46,471 bases of DNA from an uncultured Prevotellaceae bacterium (GTDB lineage Bacteria > Bacteroidota > Bacteroidia > Bacteroidales > UBA3663). The stretch covers positions 1-46,471 of the forward strand of contig CAZBWT010000002.1 of NCBI GenBank assembly GCA_964495625.1. Reading direction: 5' to 3'. Positions 18,149-27,843 of the stretch are shown piece after piece (the first letter of the stretch is position 1; each line of letters opens with the position of its first letter). Position numbers and translations under genes: made by a program. The notes under the pieces were generated by a model. The model saw only the letters and a list, made by a program, of their open reading frames with translations, was not told where the DNA came from and ran no database searches.

Positions 18149-19465
18149 TTATGCCATGGCTTGCTCACCTTTGTTGAGCATAATCTGGAGAATCATTCTA
18201 TCGACCGCCTGCATGCCGTTGCGACCAATCTCGGCTAAGTTGATAATGGTGCGATCCACATCATCGTCGATGATGCCGTCGTTCGACGACACACAACGAC
18301 CCTCCATTGCCATCATGGCAGACTGGAATGCCTGGCTCACACCCGAGCTGAGTTTCAGCGAACAGCTGGGTTTGGCACCGTCGCAAATCATGCCGGTCAA
18401 GCTTGCCACCATGTTTTTGATGGCGGCCGACACCTGCTCCAACTCGCCACCCATCAGATAAGTGATGCCGCAAGCCGAACCCGTGGCGGCAATAACGCAG
18501 CCGCAGTGAGCTGACAAGCGACCCAAATGTTGCTTGATGTAGATCACCATCAAGTGACTCAGCGTCAAGGCGCGCACCAACTTCGACTCGCTGGCGCAGA
18601 CATCCTCTGCAAAGACTGACACGGGCAACGTAGCGGCAATGCCTTGGTTGCCGCTACCGGAGTTACTCATCACGCAAGCCTTAGCTCCCGCCATACGCAG
18701 GTCGCAGGCGGCGCAGGTGTAAGTAACAATGCGCGGCATCGTGCTCTGACCCACCATACGCATCTCGTAGGCACCGTTCATGGTACGTCCCAAGTTGAGA
18801 CCGTAATCACCATCGAAAGCTTGACGAGCTGCCGACATATTGACGCGTTCACTTTCGAGAATGAAGCGCAGGTCATCAATCGGCATCTTCGTGGCGAACT
18901 CAAAGACCTTGCTCACCGAGAGGTTGCTCCCACTCGACTCATCGGCATCGGATCCTGACAACTCGCTGCGCAAGTCGAGCAAGACCTCCTCCCCTTTCGA
19001 CATATATATATAGTGAGTGTGTTGCTTGGCTATAATCACTCGTGCCACGCGGTCATCGCCGTGTGTAGTGATATCAATATAGAGGTTGTCGGTGCATTCA
19101 CGCTCCAACGACAGCGAGATAGAATCCTGGGCTGCCATAAACGCGCGTGCAGCAGCAGTCTGTTCGGGGGTAATGTCACGTAGCACCTCCAACTCGAGGT
19201 CTGCCTTGCCGCCCACGGCACCAAGTGCAATGGCGGACTTCAAACCCACCATACCGCCCGAACCGGGGATACCTACGCCCATGGCATTTTTGATAATATT
19301 ACCGCTCAAGCGAGCATCCACTCGCCGGGGCGTTTGTCCTAACAACTCCGTAGCCTTAGCCACCGCCAAAGCCACTGCCATAGGTTCGGTGCAGCCGATA
19401 GCGGGCACCACCTCGCGTTTGATGAGTGCTAAAATATCAGCACATTCCGATTTAGTAAGTGTCAT
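18149..19465 (-). CDS. UPF0597 / L-cysteine desulfidase-like (serine dehydratase alpha-chain fold) protein
   Basis: The conserved N-terminal motif is REVVPAIGCTEPMAVALA. I prefer the ATG at 19465, because the track start at 19483 is TTG. Confidence 0.8.
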   Translation of the reverse strand: MTLTKSECADILALIKREVVPAIGCTEPMAVALAVAKATELLGQTPRRVDARLSGNIIKNAMGVGIPGSGGMVGLKSAIALGAVGGKADLELEVLRDITPEQTAAARAFMAAQDSISLSLERECTDNLYIDITTHGDDRVARVIIAKQHTHYIYMSKGEEVLLDLRSELSGSDADESSGSNLSVSKVFEFATKMPIDDLRFILESERVNMSAARQAFDGDYGLNLGRTMNGAYEMRMVGQSTMPRIVTYTCAACDLRMAGAKACVMSNSGSGNQGIAATLPVSVFAEDVCASESKLVRALTLSHLMVIYIKQHLGRLSAHCGCVIAATGSACGITYLMGGELEQVSAAIKNMVASLTGMICDGAKPSCSLKLSSGVSQAFQSAMMAMEGRCVSSNDGIIDDDVDRTIINLAEIGRNGMQAVDRMILQIMLNKGEQAMA

Positions 19466-19538
19466 ATTTCCAATCAAGAGCAATCTGACGGCGTCTCGAT
19501 CTGAGGAAAGTGGGACGTCGGTCGGTTCTTATTTGCTG

Positions 19539-19546
19539 CAAATATA
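19539..19546 (-). promoter_or_regulatory. Candidate -7 box (TATATTTG on the minus strand) for the UPF0597 gene
   Basis: Plus strand CAAATATA lies about 74 bp upstream of the ATG at 19465. Confidence 0.4.
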
Positions 19547-19771
19547 TGTGATATTTTATAACGGTGCAACTATTTTGCAGCTACATCGCACTTTTTCATT
19601 TCAAGTGAGCGGCATCACCCTCACGTTTCTCCGCCCGCAAGGGGGTGAAACACGGTGCATTTTATCTCAACCAGCCCTATTTCCGCACCAATGAGCATTT
19701 CTGTTCACGCAATTATTAGCGTATGATGGTCTTGCGATTGAGCAAATCCACTAATTTTTGAGGGCGCGAGT

Positions 19772-20611
19772 TTACGCAAACCGGCGCAGCCAGGCAATCT
19801 CTTCAGCCCAGAGCTCCGGTGCGGGAGTCTCTAAGATGATGGGCATATTATCGAAGCGGGGGTCTTTCATCATCCGCTCGAAGAAGGCTGCGCCAATGCA
19901 GCCGCGACCTATCGACTCATGGCGGTCAATGTGGCTGCCACACTCCCGTTTGCTATCGTTGAGGTGAATGGCTCGCAAGCGGTCGAAGCCCACAAGACGG
20001 TCGAAATCGGCGAAGGTGCTGTCATAGCCTTGGGGTGTGGCAAGATCATAACCCGCCGCGAACGTGTGGCACGTGTCAATACATACCCCCACGCGACTCT
20101 TATCGTTAACACCGGCTATGATGCGCGCCAACTGCTCGAAACGGAAACCAAGGTTAGACCCCTGTCCGGCTGTGTTTTCTATCACCGCCGTGACACCATG
20201 CGTTGCCTCTAATGCCTGATTGATACTCTCGGCAATGCGGTCCAAACATTCCTCTTCGCTAATCTTCTTGAGGTGTGAGCCGGGGTGAAAGTTCAAGAGC
20301 GATAGCCCCAACTGCTCGCAGCGCTGCATCTCGTCGAGGAAGGCGCGGCGCGACTTCTCTAACCCCTCCGCCTCCGGACTACCCAAATTAATCAGGTAAC
20401 TATCGTGAGGCAGAACGTGTTGCGGCAGAATTCCCACTTCGCCTAAACGTTCACCAAAAGCTTTGATGTTTTCCTGCGTCAGAGGTTTGCTTACCCACGT
20501 TTTCTGATTGCGGGTGAAGAGTGCAAAGGCATTTGCACCTATGGCTTTGGCTGCCAAGGGGGCACTTTCCACGCCGCCTGCAGCACTCACATGAGCTCCG
20601 ATATATTTCAT
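19772..20611 (-). CDS. nfo: Endonuclease IV (deoxyribonuclease IV)
   Basis: [13 protein letters not shown] begins at the ATG at 20611, and HLNDSK and the other metal-ligand motifs are present. The 29-aa upstream extension in the ORF track is not Nfo-like and would swallow the predicted promoter. Confidence 0.9.
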   Translation of the reverse strand: MKYIGAHVSAAGGVESAPLAAKAIGANAFALFTRNQKTWVSKPLTQENIKAFGERLGEVGILPQHVLPHDSYLINLGSPEAEGLEKSRRAFLDEMQRCEQLGLSLLNFHPGSHLKKISEEECLDRIAESINQALEATHGVTAVIENTAGQGSNLGFRFEQLARIIAGVNDKSRVGVCIDTCHTFAAGYDLATPQGYDSTFADFDRLVGFDRLRAIHLNDSKRECGSHIDRHESIGRGCIGAAFFERMMKDPRFDNMPIILETPAPELWAEEIAWLRRFA

Positions 20612-20644
20612 TATTGTCTGTAGATTGAATAGTTTGTTTGCCGA

Positions 20645-20652
20645 CAAAGGTA
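20645..20652 (-). promoter_or_regulatory. Candidate -7 box (TACCTTTG on the minus strand) for nfo
   Basis: Plus strand CAAAGGTA lies 34 bp upstream of the ATG at 20611. Confidence 0.45.
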
Positions 20653-20713
20653 AGAAAATCTGCAATTCAAAAAGAACGAATGACCGAAAACGACGCATTC
20701 CGGCAAAAATATG

Positions 20714-20721
20714 TACCTTTG
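20714..20721 (+). promoter_or_regulatory. Candidate -7 box (TACCTTTG) for ridA
   Basis: TAnnTTTG on the plus strand lies 67 bp upstream of the ATG at 20788, divergent from the nfo promoter. Confidence 0.45.
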
Positions 20722-20787
20722 CGCAGTAATCACAGATGCGTTTAAGCGTATCACAAAGCTATCAAGCACATTACATCTTTTAAGAAT

Positions 20788-21168
20788 ATGAAACAGATTA
20801 TTTCCACTGCGGCTGCACCCGCCGCCATCGGGGCCTACAGCCAGGCTGTACGCGTCGGCAATTTAGTCTTCACCTCAGGTCAGCTCCCGGTAGACCCTGC
20901 CACAGGCGCATTTGCCTCTGACACCTTTGCCGGTCAGGCAGAACAGTCGTTGAAGAATATCGGTGCCATCTTGGCTGAGGCAGGCTGCACTTTTGCCGAC
21001 GTAGTTAAAACCACGGTCTTCTTGGCTGATATGAATGACTTCGCCACACTCAACGAGGTGTATGGTCGTTATTTCACCGAACCCTACCCCGCTCGCTCGG
21101 CAGTAGCCGTGAAGCAGCTCCCCAAGGGCGCATTAATCGAGGTTGAGGTCATCGCCGAGGTGAAGTAA
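20788..21168 (+). CDS. ridA: RidA/YjgF family reactive-intermediate (enamine/imine) deaminase
   Basis: 126 aa with typical family sequence: APAAIGAYSQAV, FTSGQLPVDP, PARSAVAVKQLPKGALIEVE. Confidence 0.9.
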   Translation: MKQIISTAAAPAAIGAYSQAVRVGNLVFTSGQLPVDPATGAFASDTFAGQAEQSLKNIGAILAEAGCTFADVVKTTVFLADMNDFATLNEVYGRYFTEPYPARSAVAVKQLPKGALIEVEVIAEVK

Positions 21169-21200
21169 ACTCGCCGCGGATCTACCCCCGCACAATAAAC

Positions 21201-21244
21201 ACAATAATGGCAGTAAGGTGCAAAACACTTACTGCCATTATTGT
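21201..21244. terminator. Bidirectional hairpin terminator between ridA and the pectate lyase gene
   Basis: A perfect 17-bp stem, ACAATAATGGCAGTAAG / CTTACTGCCATTATTGT, is followed by TTTCTG on plus and GTTTATTGTG on minus. Confidence 0.7.
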
Positions 21245-21329
21245 TTTCTGACGCGCCTTCTCAACGAGGGCACACGCCATCTATTCAGCTTAAGCGGTTA
21301 TGTATAAAACGTAGCCGCTTATTGTTTTT

Positions 21330-23054
21330 TTAGCGTATCACCACCTTGCGACCATTGATGATGTACATGCCGGGCGACAAGCGGTTGAGGGCATCTGCCT
21401 CATCAGCCGATTCGGCAACGGGTCTCCCCATGATGTCGAAGACCATCGACTTGCTATGGGCGTTGTCTGCCCATGCCGTCTCTAAAGCCGTCTCTCCCAT
21501 CACATACTTGCCGACCTCATCGCCAAGTGCTTCGCCGCCCGTGGTGCAGGCTGTTGTGATCTTCTGCACGAGGCGGTTCAGATAATACTCCAAGTTGGTG
21601 TATTCGGTCGACTTCTCATACTGCTCGCCGGTCTTGTTCATGCCGTAGATGTCTACATAGTCGTCCGGAATGCCGTCGCCGTCGCTGTCGATGGACTGTT
21701 TGCGAATCTCGCCCGTCGTTGCGGTGAGCGTGGGCCACGGATCGGGGTGAGCATCGTCTATCATATCGTCTTGATCGGCAATGATGCCCGGCATATTGCC
21801 GCTATTGCCAAAGGTAGCAACACCGTCGCGCGTGTCACTCACCATGATGGAGTCCAAACGGTCGCGCACCAACTTATTGCTACGCACCTTGATGCAACCG
21901 GCATAGTCGAGCACCTTCTGGTAAGCCTCTTCGGCGGTGTAGGTGGTGGTGTAAGGGAAGACCAAGGGCTGTTCGGCACGCATGGTGTCTTTGGTAGCCT
22001 GCGTGTAGGTGCCGTCATTCTTCGACCCATCTATCTGGTTGTACACACCGTAGGTCCAGTTGTCGTTGGTCACGTCGCTGTATTTTGAGTTGACGTTGCC
22101 GTCCACATAATAGTCACCCCACACGTGCCACATGGCATACCACGTGTTCCAAGAGCCGTCAGAGTTCTGACAATAAGACGTTGTGCGGATGCCGGGAGCT
22201 GCGATGCGACGCTGTATGGTCGCTGCCGCCTTCTTGGCGGTTGCCGGACCCGGTTTGTAGTAGTTGTTGACAATGTTGACGTTCATACCTTCGCCGCCAT
22301 AGCAGCCGTTGCCTGCCCAGTTGTAGATGACGTTATTGCGCATGTCGAGGCGTTCGTCTGTTTGAGTGCCGGGACGTGGACCAAGGCGCGGTGTACGGCT
22401 CTCATGATGGCAGAGCAGATTGTGGGCATAGGTGCAGCCCGCACCGCCCCAGTTGCCACCGTAGCCATGCGTTCCCTTAGAGTGACCGGCATCGCGCATG
22501 CTCTGCGAGATGATGCACCACTGCACGGTGATGTTCTTGCCGCCATAGACCGAGCAGCATTCATCGACACTCCAGCTGATGGTGCAGTGGTCCACAATGA
22601 TGTCGTTCTTATCCATGGCACCGAGACCGTCGCCTTCGTGGTTTGCCACTTCGTAATTGCCCAAGCGGAAGCGAAGATAGCGCAAGATGACCTGGTTGGC
22701 CTTAATCGTGACCGGATAGTCGGCGATGCAGATGCCATCGCCCGGAGCCGACTGACCGGCAATGGTGATGTAGTCGTTCTGAATGTTGAGCGCGGACTTC
22801 AAGCGAATGGTGCCTGCCACGTCAAAGACGATGGTGCGTGCACCCTTCTGGTTGATGGCATAGCGCAGCATACCTTTGGTTGGGGTGTTGCTGTCTTCAA
22901 GCGTCGTCACGTGGTAGACCGCGCCGCCGCGACCGCCTTGAGTGTAGCGACCAAAACCTTCAGCACCCGGAAAAGCCGGTACACGCGTCTCTTCGGCTAC
23001 AGCCGGAGCAAGAAGTAATAGCCCCATAACGGCACAAATTAAACTTCTCTTCAT
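21330..23054 (-). CDS. Secreted pectate lyase (PL1-like) with a T9SS C-terminal sorting domain
   Basis: 574 aa. It has a signal peptide, VPAFPGAEGFG, a beta-helix core with DHCTISWSVDE and RTPRLG, and a C-terminal ~75 aa ending LSPGMYIINGRKVVIR, typical of Por/T9SS CTDs. Confidence 0.85.
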   Translation of the reverse strand: MKRSLICAVMGLLLLAPAVAEETRVPAFPGAEGFGRYTQGGRGGAVYHVTTLEDSNTPTKGMLRYAINQKGARTIVFDVAGTIRLKSALNIQNDYITIAGQSAPGDGICIADYPVTIKANQVILRYLRFRLGNYEVANHEGDGLGAMDKNDIIVDHCTISWSVDECCSVYGGKNITVQWCIISQSMRDAGHSKGTHGYGGNWGGAGCTYAHNLLCHHESRTPRLGPRPGTQTDERLDMRNNVIYNWAGNGCYGGEGMNVNIVNNYYKPGPATAKKAAATIQRRIAAPGIRTTSYCQNSDGSWNTWYAMWHVWGDYYVDGNVNSKYSDVTNDNWTYGVYNQIDGSKNDGTYTQATKDTMRAEQPLVFPYTTTYTAEEAYQKVLDYAGCIKVRSNKLVRDRLDSIMVSDTRDGVATFGNSGNMPGIIADQDDMIDDAHPDPWPTLTATTGEIRKQSIDSDGDGIPDDYVDIYGMNKTGEQYEKSTEYTNLEYYLNRLVQKITTACTTGGEALGDEVGKYVMGETALETAWADNAHSKSMVFDIMGRPVAESADEADALNRLSPGMYIINGRKVVIR

Positions 23055-23238
23055 AGTACTTCTTTTTAATAGGGTTAGTTTGTTATGAAATTTGTAATTG
23101 TAACTGTTGTAATCAAGTTGTTGTGTTGCGCTTGTCGGATAATTGGCTGCCTATGTTCAATCGTAGCGATTATACCGCAACTATTGTGGCATGGATGATT
23201 CTTATCCCCCTCTACAAACGTTGGATTCTTGCCACCTC

Positions 23239-26200
23239 CTACAAACGTTGCAGTGTCACAGAGAGGAGACCAATCACAACGTCATTCGAGAGAGTTTCCA
23301 CCGTCAACTGCTTCAGCGCCACATCAGAGCGCACGGGCAGGTCGAGCAACACGGTGGCACCACCCTCAATGCGACGATTGAGCGTTTGAGCATTGGGGCG
23401 ATAGAATTCCGGTGTTGCCAAACATTGGCGATAGGGTGCAGGTCGGCGCAAGTAGAACGTCGGTGTGCCATCCATGTAGTCTTGCTCAATAGGCCACCAC
23501 GTCTCGGGGTTCACCAACATGAGCGAGTCACTTGTGCCATCGGCATAGGTGATGCGTATCGCACCATTGGCGATGCGGCTCTGCATGGCATTGGTTGTGC
23601 CGGTCATGAGCAGATAAACATGCGAAGCCTTGCCCTGCAACGGCACGGTGGCTGAGGTCGGGAAGTTATCCCATTGCGAGGTGAAAAGCACATTCTTCCC
23701 CACACCCGGAGTCTTGAACCTTACCCCAAGCGGTGTAGGCAGAAAACCGAACTGCGCGCCGCACTTACGCAGATAACTGTCATCCACGGCAAAGGTGTCG
23801 AGCGGATGACACCACTCGCCAAAGCCCTGTGTGGGCAATGCCAAGGTGGTCTGCGCGGCTCGCGGTGAGAGGTATTGCTGATGGAAAAGTTCCGTTACGC
23901 GCTCGTTAAACGCGCCGCTAAGATCAATCATCTCGAGGCGGGTAGAGTCCACGTGCTCAAAGTAATCCATCGCCACCGAACCGAAGTCATCAGCCTCGGC
24001 AGCGGTCTGTGCTTCCACCGGTCGCCACCACGTCATATCGCCCAAACGGAGACGCTCGAACTGACCATCGTCTGAAATTTCAACCGACTCCGCCGCCTCG
24101 GCGAGCGGTGCATCAGGCAGCCATGCCACGGTTAGTGACACGCTGTCATCTGCTGCAGTGGCGGCATCGGCAGCTGAGCTTGTCACCACTTTCACCTCCA
24201 CCATAGGTGTCTCTACCACCTCAGGCAGATAGTGCCACGTGAGCTGCTCGGCTGAAGCAGTCGCGCCGTTCAGTGCCACCTGCTTCACTCCTCCCCCTTG
24301 CACCTTCAAACGGAACACGAGGGTATCTGCGGCAAAGCTCTCTGCCGGACGGTAAGTGTAAGTAGATTGCAGCGCAGAGCCGTCAGTCTGCGCAATCGTA
24401 TCTGTGCGAAACGCGAAGCTGTAGTCAGAAGTCGCGATCGAGGCATGCCCCCAGCTTGAAGGGAAGCCGGGCTCGAGGTAGACACGACGGTTGAGTCGGT
24501 CGGGTCGAACGCCGAACAAGCCCTGCACGATGGTGCGGGTGGTGATGCCCACCGGGTCGCCGAAGTCGCGATAACACTCCGAGCGGGCAGCGTCATAATA
24601 AGATATCTGTCCGAAGTTGCCGGGGCTTCCGCCCAAATACATGGCATCGAGCAAAGCGCTCTTCAGCAGCTTAAAGCCGTCGTCGTTGCGACCTGCCTGC
24701 CAATAAGCCAAGGCGGTGTGAGCCACCTCGGCAAGAGCTACGTTGTTGATGCTCCAAGCATAAGGCTGCCAATTCGTTGTCGAGATGGTTGCATAATTGC
24801 CTGAAGCAATGTCTTCAGCAAAAGCCGCTCGTTCAGCCGCCAAGGGGGCGGCATTGTTCGCGTCGGCAGAGAGCGAAGTCTTCACCTTGATCGGTATGTG
24901 GGGTATCTCCCGATCCACATAGCGAGTGGCACTATAAGCCTGACGCGGTGTGGCGGTTTCGCTGTCAATGGCATGATAGATGGTCCAGACGGCGGGTTGT
25001 TTGTGTTGTCGTTGCAGCCCCAAAGCATCTTGATATTCAGCCCACACACCCTTATCGCTCATCCAGAGACGAGCGTTCATGGCAGCCAATATCTTCTCGG
25101 CAGTAGCTTCATAGGCGGCTGCCTGCGCTGCATACGAAGACCCTTCAGGAGCTGACAATTCGCCCCGTTGCACCGCCGCATTGAGCAGGCGACCAATCAC
25201 GGCAGCTTGCTTGTTGGCGCGATAATTATATGCTGACGAGTGAGTCACGGCGCTGCCGCTATAATAGAGCGCGTCACTTGCCCAAATGCAGCAATAAGCG
25301 TCATACAAACCGTCATTGTTCGGGTCGAAATTGCGCTGTTCCCACGCCAAATGGCGCGTCAACACGGGCCACATCTCGCGGGCATAAGCCAAATCGCCGG
25401 TCCAGTTGAAGTGCCACAGCAACTCGTCAATATACACTAAGTTCATATCATAGTGATTGAGCTTGGTCTTGTTGTTGGGCATACGACAAATGTAGCCGTT
25501 GCTGTAGATGGGCGTGCCCAACTTCTCTTTGGCGCGTGCCAGGTGCAATGCCGAGTCTTGCATCGGCTGCTCATAGATGGGTGGCACATCAGTCAACTGC
25601 GAAGCGGCATAGTTGTTAAAATGGGTGCGCGCACGGTCATGTCGCCCCACCACGTCGCCCGTATAAGCAGCGCGCCAGCCGCACAGCGGCATGCGCCAAC
25701 CAATCGAACCATGCAGCCACACACCTTCTTCGCCCCAGATGGCATCGGCGGCGGTAGCCATCACACCACCCAAAGTGTTGAAGAAGGGGTCCGGTGTGTC
25801 AATCACCACCGACTCGGCTACCTGCTTGACATCTGCCGCAGCGCGCTGATAACAGGCTTGTAAAGCCTTGTCGCAGCGACGTTTCGCGTCGGTGAGCAGC
25901 GATGTGGAAGCCACCGACTCGGCATTGCCAATCATGAAATAACGCTCTTGCACGTGACCCGCTTTGCCGCTCTTCAGCGGAAGCTCAGCCACCAAGTGCT
26001 GCCCCTCAGCCTCCGCCACGGTGCGGAGTTGCGCGTCAGAGGCAAAGATGCCCACCATCTCGCGGGCTCCGCGCTTGCTCATGCTGCCGTAATTCAACCG
26101 GAACTGTGAGCCGTCTATCGTGAACTTATTGTCGCGGCAACGCGCCGGCAAAAAGTCGAAACAGTCTTTCTTATCAACGCCCATGTCGCCCTCGCGACTG

Positions 26201-26799
26201 AAGCGATCGTTGGTGGCAGCGCCATAACGCACCCGCAGGCTGACACCCGCAGCCACATCTTGCGTGCGCACCTGCCAAATGGCGGCATCGCAGTCATACG
26301 CAGCCATCACATCTAATTCCACCACCGGAGCCACTCGCCCCGAAGGAGAAAACTCGCGGGGAAGGGCAAAACGATAGCGTCTGTGACCGGGACTGTAGCG
26401 GCACTCAATATCCACAGCCACCTCATCCTCGGCGGGGATGGACGAGAGCGGCACCACCACCTCGTTGCCTGTCTTGGCATCGCGGCGGCATACGCTCAGC
26501 GAGACGTTGCCGCCCATATTGGGCATGTAAAGTGCAAACTCAGGTCGGTCGCTCGTCTCCACACGGAAACCCGACGCGCCGCCATAGAGCGCACGAGTGA
26601 AGCGGTTCCGCCCATTCACCGTCACAAAATCGCCGCCCTCGGGCCAGTAGTTCAGCGCGCGCGGCGCGAAGATATCCCGGCTCGACAGCGGGTCGTTCGA
26701 GGTGAACAGCTGTTGTGCCGCAGCTCCTTGAGTTGCAGCCAACGCACATAGCCCCATGCTTGAGGCAATCTGTAAGAACCGTCGATTGATATTAGTCAT
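23239..26799 (-). CDS. Large secreted glycoside-hydrolase-like protein of unassigned family, with a twin-arginine signal
   Basis: 1186 aa. The N-terminus MTNINRRFLQIASSMGLCALAATQGAAAQ matches the Tat consensus (RRxFL). The central region looks like an (alpha/alpha)6-barrel glycosidase (WLHGSIGWRMPLCGWRAAYTGD, NDGLYDAYCCIWASD). I cannot assign the family by eye. Confidence 0.55.
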   Translation of the reverse strand: MTNINRRFLQIASSMGLCALAATQGAAAQQLFTSNDPLSSRDIFAPRALNYWPEGGDFVTVNGRNRFTRALYGGASGFRVETSDRPEFALYMPNMGGNVSLSVCRRDAKTGNEVVVPLSSIPAEDEVAVDIECRYSPGHRRYRFALPREFSPSGRVAPVVELDVMAAYDCDAAIWQVRTQDVAAGVSLRVRYGAATNDRFSREGDMGVDKKDCFDFLPARCRDNKFTIDGSQFRLNYGSMSKRGAREMVGIFASDAQLRTVAEAEGQHLVAELPLKSGKAGHVQERYFMIGNAESVASTSLLTDAKRRCDKALQACYQRAAADVKQVAESVVIDTPDPFFNTLGGVMATAADAIWGEEGVWLHGSIGWRMPLCGWRAAYTGDVVGRHDRARTHFNNYAASQLTDVPPIYEQPMQDSALHLARAKEKLGTPIYSNGYICRMPNNKTKLNHYDMNLVYIDELLWHFNWTGDLAYAREMWPVLTRHLAWEQRNFDPNNDGLYDAYCCIWASDALYYSGSAVTHSSAYNYRANKQAAVIGRLLNAAVQRGELSAPEGSSYAAQAAAYEATAEKILAAMNARLWMSDKGVWAEYQDALGLQRQHKQPAVWTIYHAIDSETATPRQAYSATRYVDREIPHIPIKVKTSLSADANNAAPLAAERAAFAEDIASGNYATISTTNWQPYAWSINNVALAEVAHTALAYWQAGRNDDGFKLLKSALLDAMYLGGSPGNFGQISYYDAARSECYRDFGDPVGITTRTIVQGLFGVRPDRLNRRVYLEPGFPSSWGHASIATSDYSFAFRTDTIAQTDGSALQSTYTYRPAESFAADTLVFRLKVQGGGVKQVALNGATASAEQLTWHYLPEVVETPMVEVKVVTSSAADAATAADDSVSLTVAWLPDAPLAEAAESVEISDDGQFERLRLGDMTWWRPVEAQTAAEADDFGSVAMDYFEHVDSTRLEMIDLSGAFNERVTELFHQQYLSPRAAQTTLALPTQGFGEWCHPLDTFAVDDSYLRKCGAQFGFLPTPLGVRFKTPGVGKNVLFTSQWDNFPTSATVPLQGKASHVYLLMTGTTNAMQSRIANGAIRITYADGTSDSLMLVNPETWWPIEQDYMDGTPTFYLRRPAPYRQCLATPEFYRPNAQTLNRRIEGGATVLLDLPVRSDVALKQLTVETLSNDVVIGLLSVTLQRL

Positions 26800-26808
26800 T
26801 GCAATGTT

Positions 26809-27201
26809 TTATAGTATAAGTTGTGCCAACCCCTGCTGCATGTAGTTGCGCTGCCAGTCGGCAGGGCGCAACACTGTGGTGTCCCAACGCTCTAAGTCGA
26901 GGTCGAGCGGCACACGCCCCGTCAGTTTATCGGCGGCAGTGCGACCAAAGTCGCGCTCCATCTGCTTCAGCGTTTGCACCAAATCCTCACGCGTCATGGT
27001 CGTAAACCCGCGCAACACACAGTTGGCATAAGTGCCGTGGGCATTTCCCTCGGCAGGTGTTATATATATTGAAGAGTGAGTCACATCGGTCAGCAGCTCG
27101 GTGAGCTGCACCAAAGCCCGGCGCAAATTGTCACGCGCAGCCTCGGTGGGGGCGAGATTGCTGCCTAACGACACGATTACCTCGGTCTTAGCGCAGCTCA
27201 T
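26809..27201 (-). CDS. folK: Short HPPK-like protein (2-amino-4-hydroxy-6-hydroxymethyldihydropteridine diphosphokinase)
   Basis: 130 aa. The LGSNL motif, SSIY.TPA, and GRT...GRVPLDLDL parallel E. coli HPPK IGSNL / SSFYRTPP / GRVR..WGPRTLDLDI. Its ATG overlaps the folE stop (ATGA). Confidence 0.6.
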   Translation of the reverse strand: MSCAKTEVIVSLGSNLAPTEAARDNLRRALVQLTELLTDVTHSSIYITPAEGNAHGTYANCVLRGFTTMTREDLVQTLKQMERDFGRTAADKLTGRVPLDLDLERWDTTVLRPADWQRNYMQQGLAQLIL

Positions 27202-27758
27202 CGCCCCAAGAGTTTAAAAAACTCCGCGCGGCGGCTCTCATCTTCGGCAAAGATGCCGCTGTAATCATAGGTGGTGGTGCGCGTATTCATCTTCTGCACA
27301 CCGCGCATCTGCATACACAGGTGCGAAGCCTCCACCATCACCATCACCCCCTTGGGGTTCAGTGCCTCTTGCAGGCAGTTTTTTATCTCGGTGGTGAGGC
27401 GCTCCTGCACCTGCAGGCGGCGAGCAAACACCTCCACCATGCGTGGTATCTTGCTCAAGCCCACAATGCGACCGTTCGGAATGTATGCCACGTGCACCTG
27501 TCCGAAAAACGGAAGCATGTGATGCTCACACATCGAGTAGAAATCTATATCTTTCAGCAGCACCATCTGTCGGCACTCCTCGTCAAAGATTGCCGACTGC
27601 AAGATTACCTTGGGGTCTTCGCCATAACCATGCGTCAAGAAGTCCCAAGCCTTGGCCACCCGCTCGGGGGTGCGTTGCAGTCCTTCGCGCTGCGGGTCTT
27701 CACCGAGCAGGCGCAAAATAGCCTCGGTGTGTGCTGCTAATTCTTCAATTTTTCCCAT
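27198..27758 (-). CDS. folE: GTP cyclohydrolase I
   Basis: 186 aa with the zinc-site motif [12 protein letters not shown]. Confidence 0.95.
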   Translation of the reverse strand: MGKIEELAAHTEAILRLLGEDPQREGLQRTPERVAKAWDFLTHGYGEDPKVILQSAIFDEECRQMVLLKDIDFYSMCEHHMLPFFGQVHVAYIPNGRIVGLSKIPRMVEVFARRLQVQERLTTEIKNCLQEALNPKGVMVMVEASHLCMQMRGVQKMNTRTTTYDYSGIFAEDESRRAEFFKLLGR

Positions 27759-27843
27759 TCAGTTACTGAGTCCATCGAGCGGGACTCGCGCTTATATCTG
27801 AACCTTTATTGTCTAAAATAAAAACTATCGAATTGCCGGAGGT

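Noticed and set aside
20612-20698. N-terminal extensions of ORF-track calls (nfo to 20698, SPOR to 28506, NUDIX to 36823, gpsA to 15411, lysS to 17211, UPF0597 to 19483, HU-LysM to 32842)
   Set aside because: The extensions start with non-ATG codons and/or overlap the upstream gene or predicted promoter. They also add residues outside the conserved family N-termini, and internal ATGs give canonical starts.
22125-23018. 297-aa plus-strand ORF, and similar ORFs at 905..1576, 19086..19694 and 14518..15087
   Set aside because: All lie antisense within well-supported genes (pectate lyase, carA, UPF0597, gpsA) and have arginine/alanine/histidine-rich nonsense composition.
21330-26799. Polysaccharide utilisation locus (PUL)
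   Set aside because: No SusC/SusD-like pair, hybrid two-component sensor or ECF/anti-sigma pair lies in or adjacent to the pair within this window. It cannot be called a PUL on this evidence.
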